NCBI GenBank assembly: GCA_963771465.1
Contig: CAVYTU010000013.1
Span: 320,001 to 384,000, forward strand
Direction: 5' to 3'
Source of the DNA: an uncultured delta proteobacterium
Lineage (GTDB): Bacteria > Desulfobacterota > Binatia > UBA9968
Length of the DNA: 64,000 bases
Below are positions 63,173-64,000 of the stretch, piece by piece. Each line of letters begins with the position of its first letter. Position 1 is the stretch's first letter. The notes below the pieces were generated by a model, which had not been told where the DNA came from, ran no database searches, and was given only the letters and a program-made list of their open reading frames with translations. The translations under genes were made by a program, and so were the position numbers.

Positions 63173-64000
63173 CTAGAAACCATGCAGCCGCGCCGGATTG
63201 TCGACGAGAATCTTGCGCAGCAACGCCGCATCGCCGTCGACGTAACGGTAAAGCAGTTCGACTTCTTCGGCGTCGTTCATCATGCGCTTGGTCCACTGCG
63301 GATGGGGCCAATCGGTGCCCCAGACGATGCGCTCGGGCGCCGCCTCGATGAATGCTTTACCATAGGGCAGCGCGTCGTCCCAGCCCGCGTCCAAGCGCGA
63401 ATCGCGGTTGCCGTTGGACACCATCATCCACCAATTTTCTTGCTTCAGCATGTCGAGCACCCAACGGATCACCGGCCGATCCATGCCGCCCTCGAAACCG
63501 ACGTGGCCGAAATGATCGATCACCATCGGTATGTCTTTGAGCGAACGCAGCAGGTCGGAATTTTCCAGCAGATCTTCGCCATTGACGTGCAGCCGCGCGT
63601 GCCAGCCGAGCTCGCCAATGCGCGCCATCGAGCGCCTGACCTCCGCCGCGCGCTGCTCCATGGCAAAAAAGCGGACGAAATTGAAGCGCGCGCCGCGCAC
63701 ACCGGCCGCATGTAAGCGCTCAAGCTCTTGGTCGGAAACGCCATCGTCGACAATGCCGATGCCGCGGTACCGGTCGCGATCATGCAAACTTTCGAGAGCG
63801 TGTAGCAGTAGGCGGTGATCGCTGCCGTAAATCGCGCTATGGACGATGACGCCGCGATGGAAGCCGATCGCCTCGTGCATTCGTTGGGCTGCGCTAAAAG
63901 TCGCGCTTTCGATGGGCGGGTACGGCGGATTGGCCCGCGGCGGAAACTTCGCCGGATCGTCGTAGATATGAAATTGACAATCGCAGCTTCCCACCGGCGG
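63173..64000 (-). CDS. Amidohydrolase family lactonase (LigI-like), 5' end beyond the window
   Basis: CDCQFHIY, GVRGARFN, IDHFG, VWGTDWPHP, VDNPARL. Confidence 0.88.
   Translation of the reverse strand, partial: PPVGSCDCQFHIYDDPAKFPPRANPPYPPIESATFSAAQRMHEAIGFHRGVIVHSAIYGSDHRLLLHALESLHDRDRYRGIGIVDDGVSDQELERLHAAGVRGARFNFVRFFAMEQRAAEVRRSMARIGELGWHARLHVNGEDLLENSDLLRSLKDIPMVIDHFGHVGFEGGMDRPVIRWVLDMLKQENWWMMVSNGNRDSRLDAGWDDALPYGKAFIEAAPERIVWGTDWPHPQWTKRMMNDAEEVELLYRYVDGDAALLRKILVDNPARLHGF

Overview
A moderately GC-rich, gene-dense bacterial window. The gene content (many orphan solute-binding proteins, amidohydrolases, Rieske oxygenases, UbiD decarboxylases) resembles Binatia/uncultured deltaproteobacteria-like genomes; that assignment is an inference. 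I saw no rRNA, tRNA, CRISPR array, transposase or integrase. Most of 1-48.7 kb is aromatic/small-acid catabolism and transport. Four elements stand out. (1) An operon at 24.7-27.1 kb encodes a membrane-anchored peptidoglycan amidase, a MamK-like actin and a small membrane-anchored helical protein, with no magnetosome genes in the window. (2) An ECF42-type sigma factor heads a 17-gene minus-strand cluster (50.2-61.2 kb) of YciI/DGPF, VOC, GFA, SRPBCC, MoaD/ThiS and BNR-propeller genes, with three copies of a TGTCGA-N17-CGACTA promoter. (3) A more AT-rich islet carries an Ldh_2 oxidoreductase overlapping a stand-alone NRPS A-T didomain. (4) A sigma54 promoter with tandem palindromic enhancers precedes an OsmC-like gene. 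Six or seven frameshifts are all single-base insertions, most likely sequencing errors. All calls come from motif recognition by eye; no searches were run.
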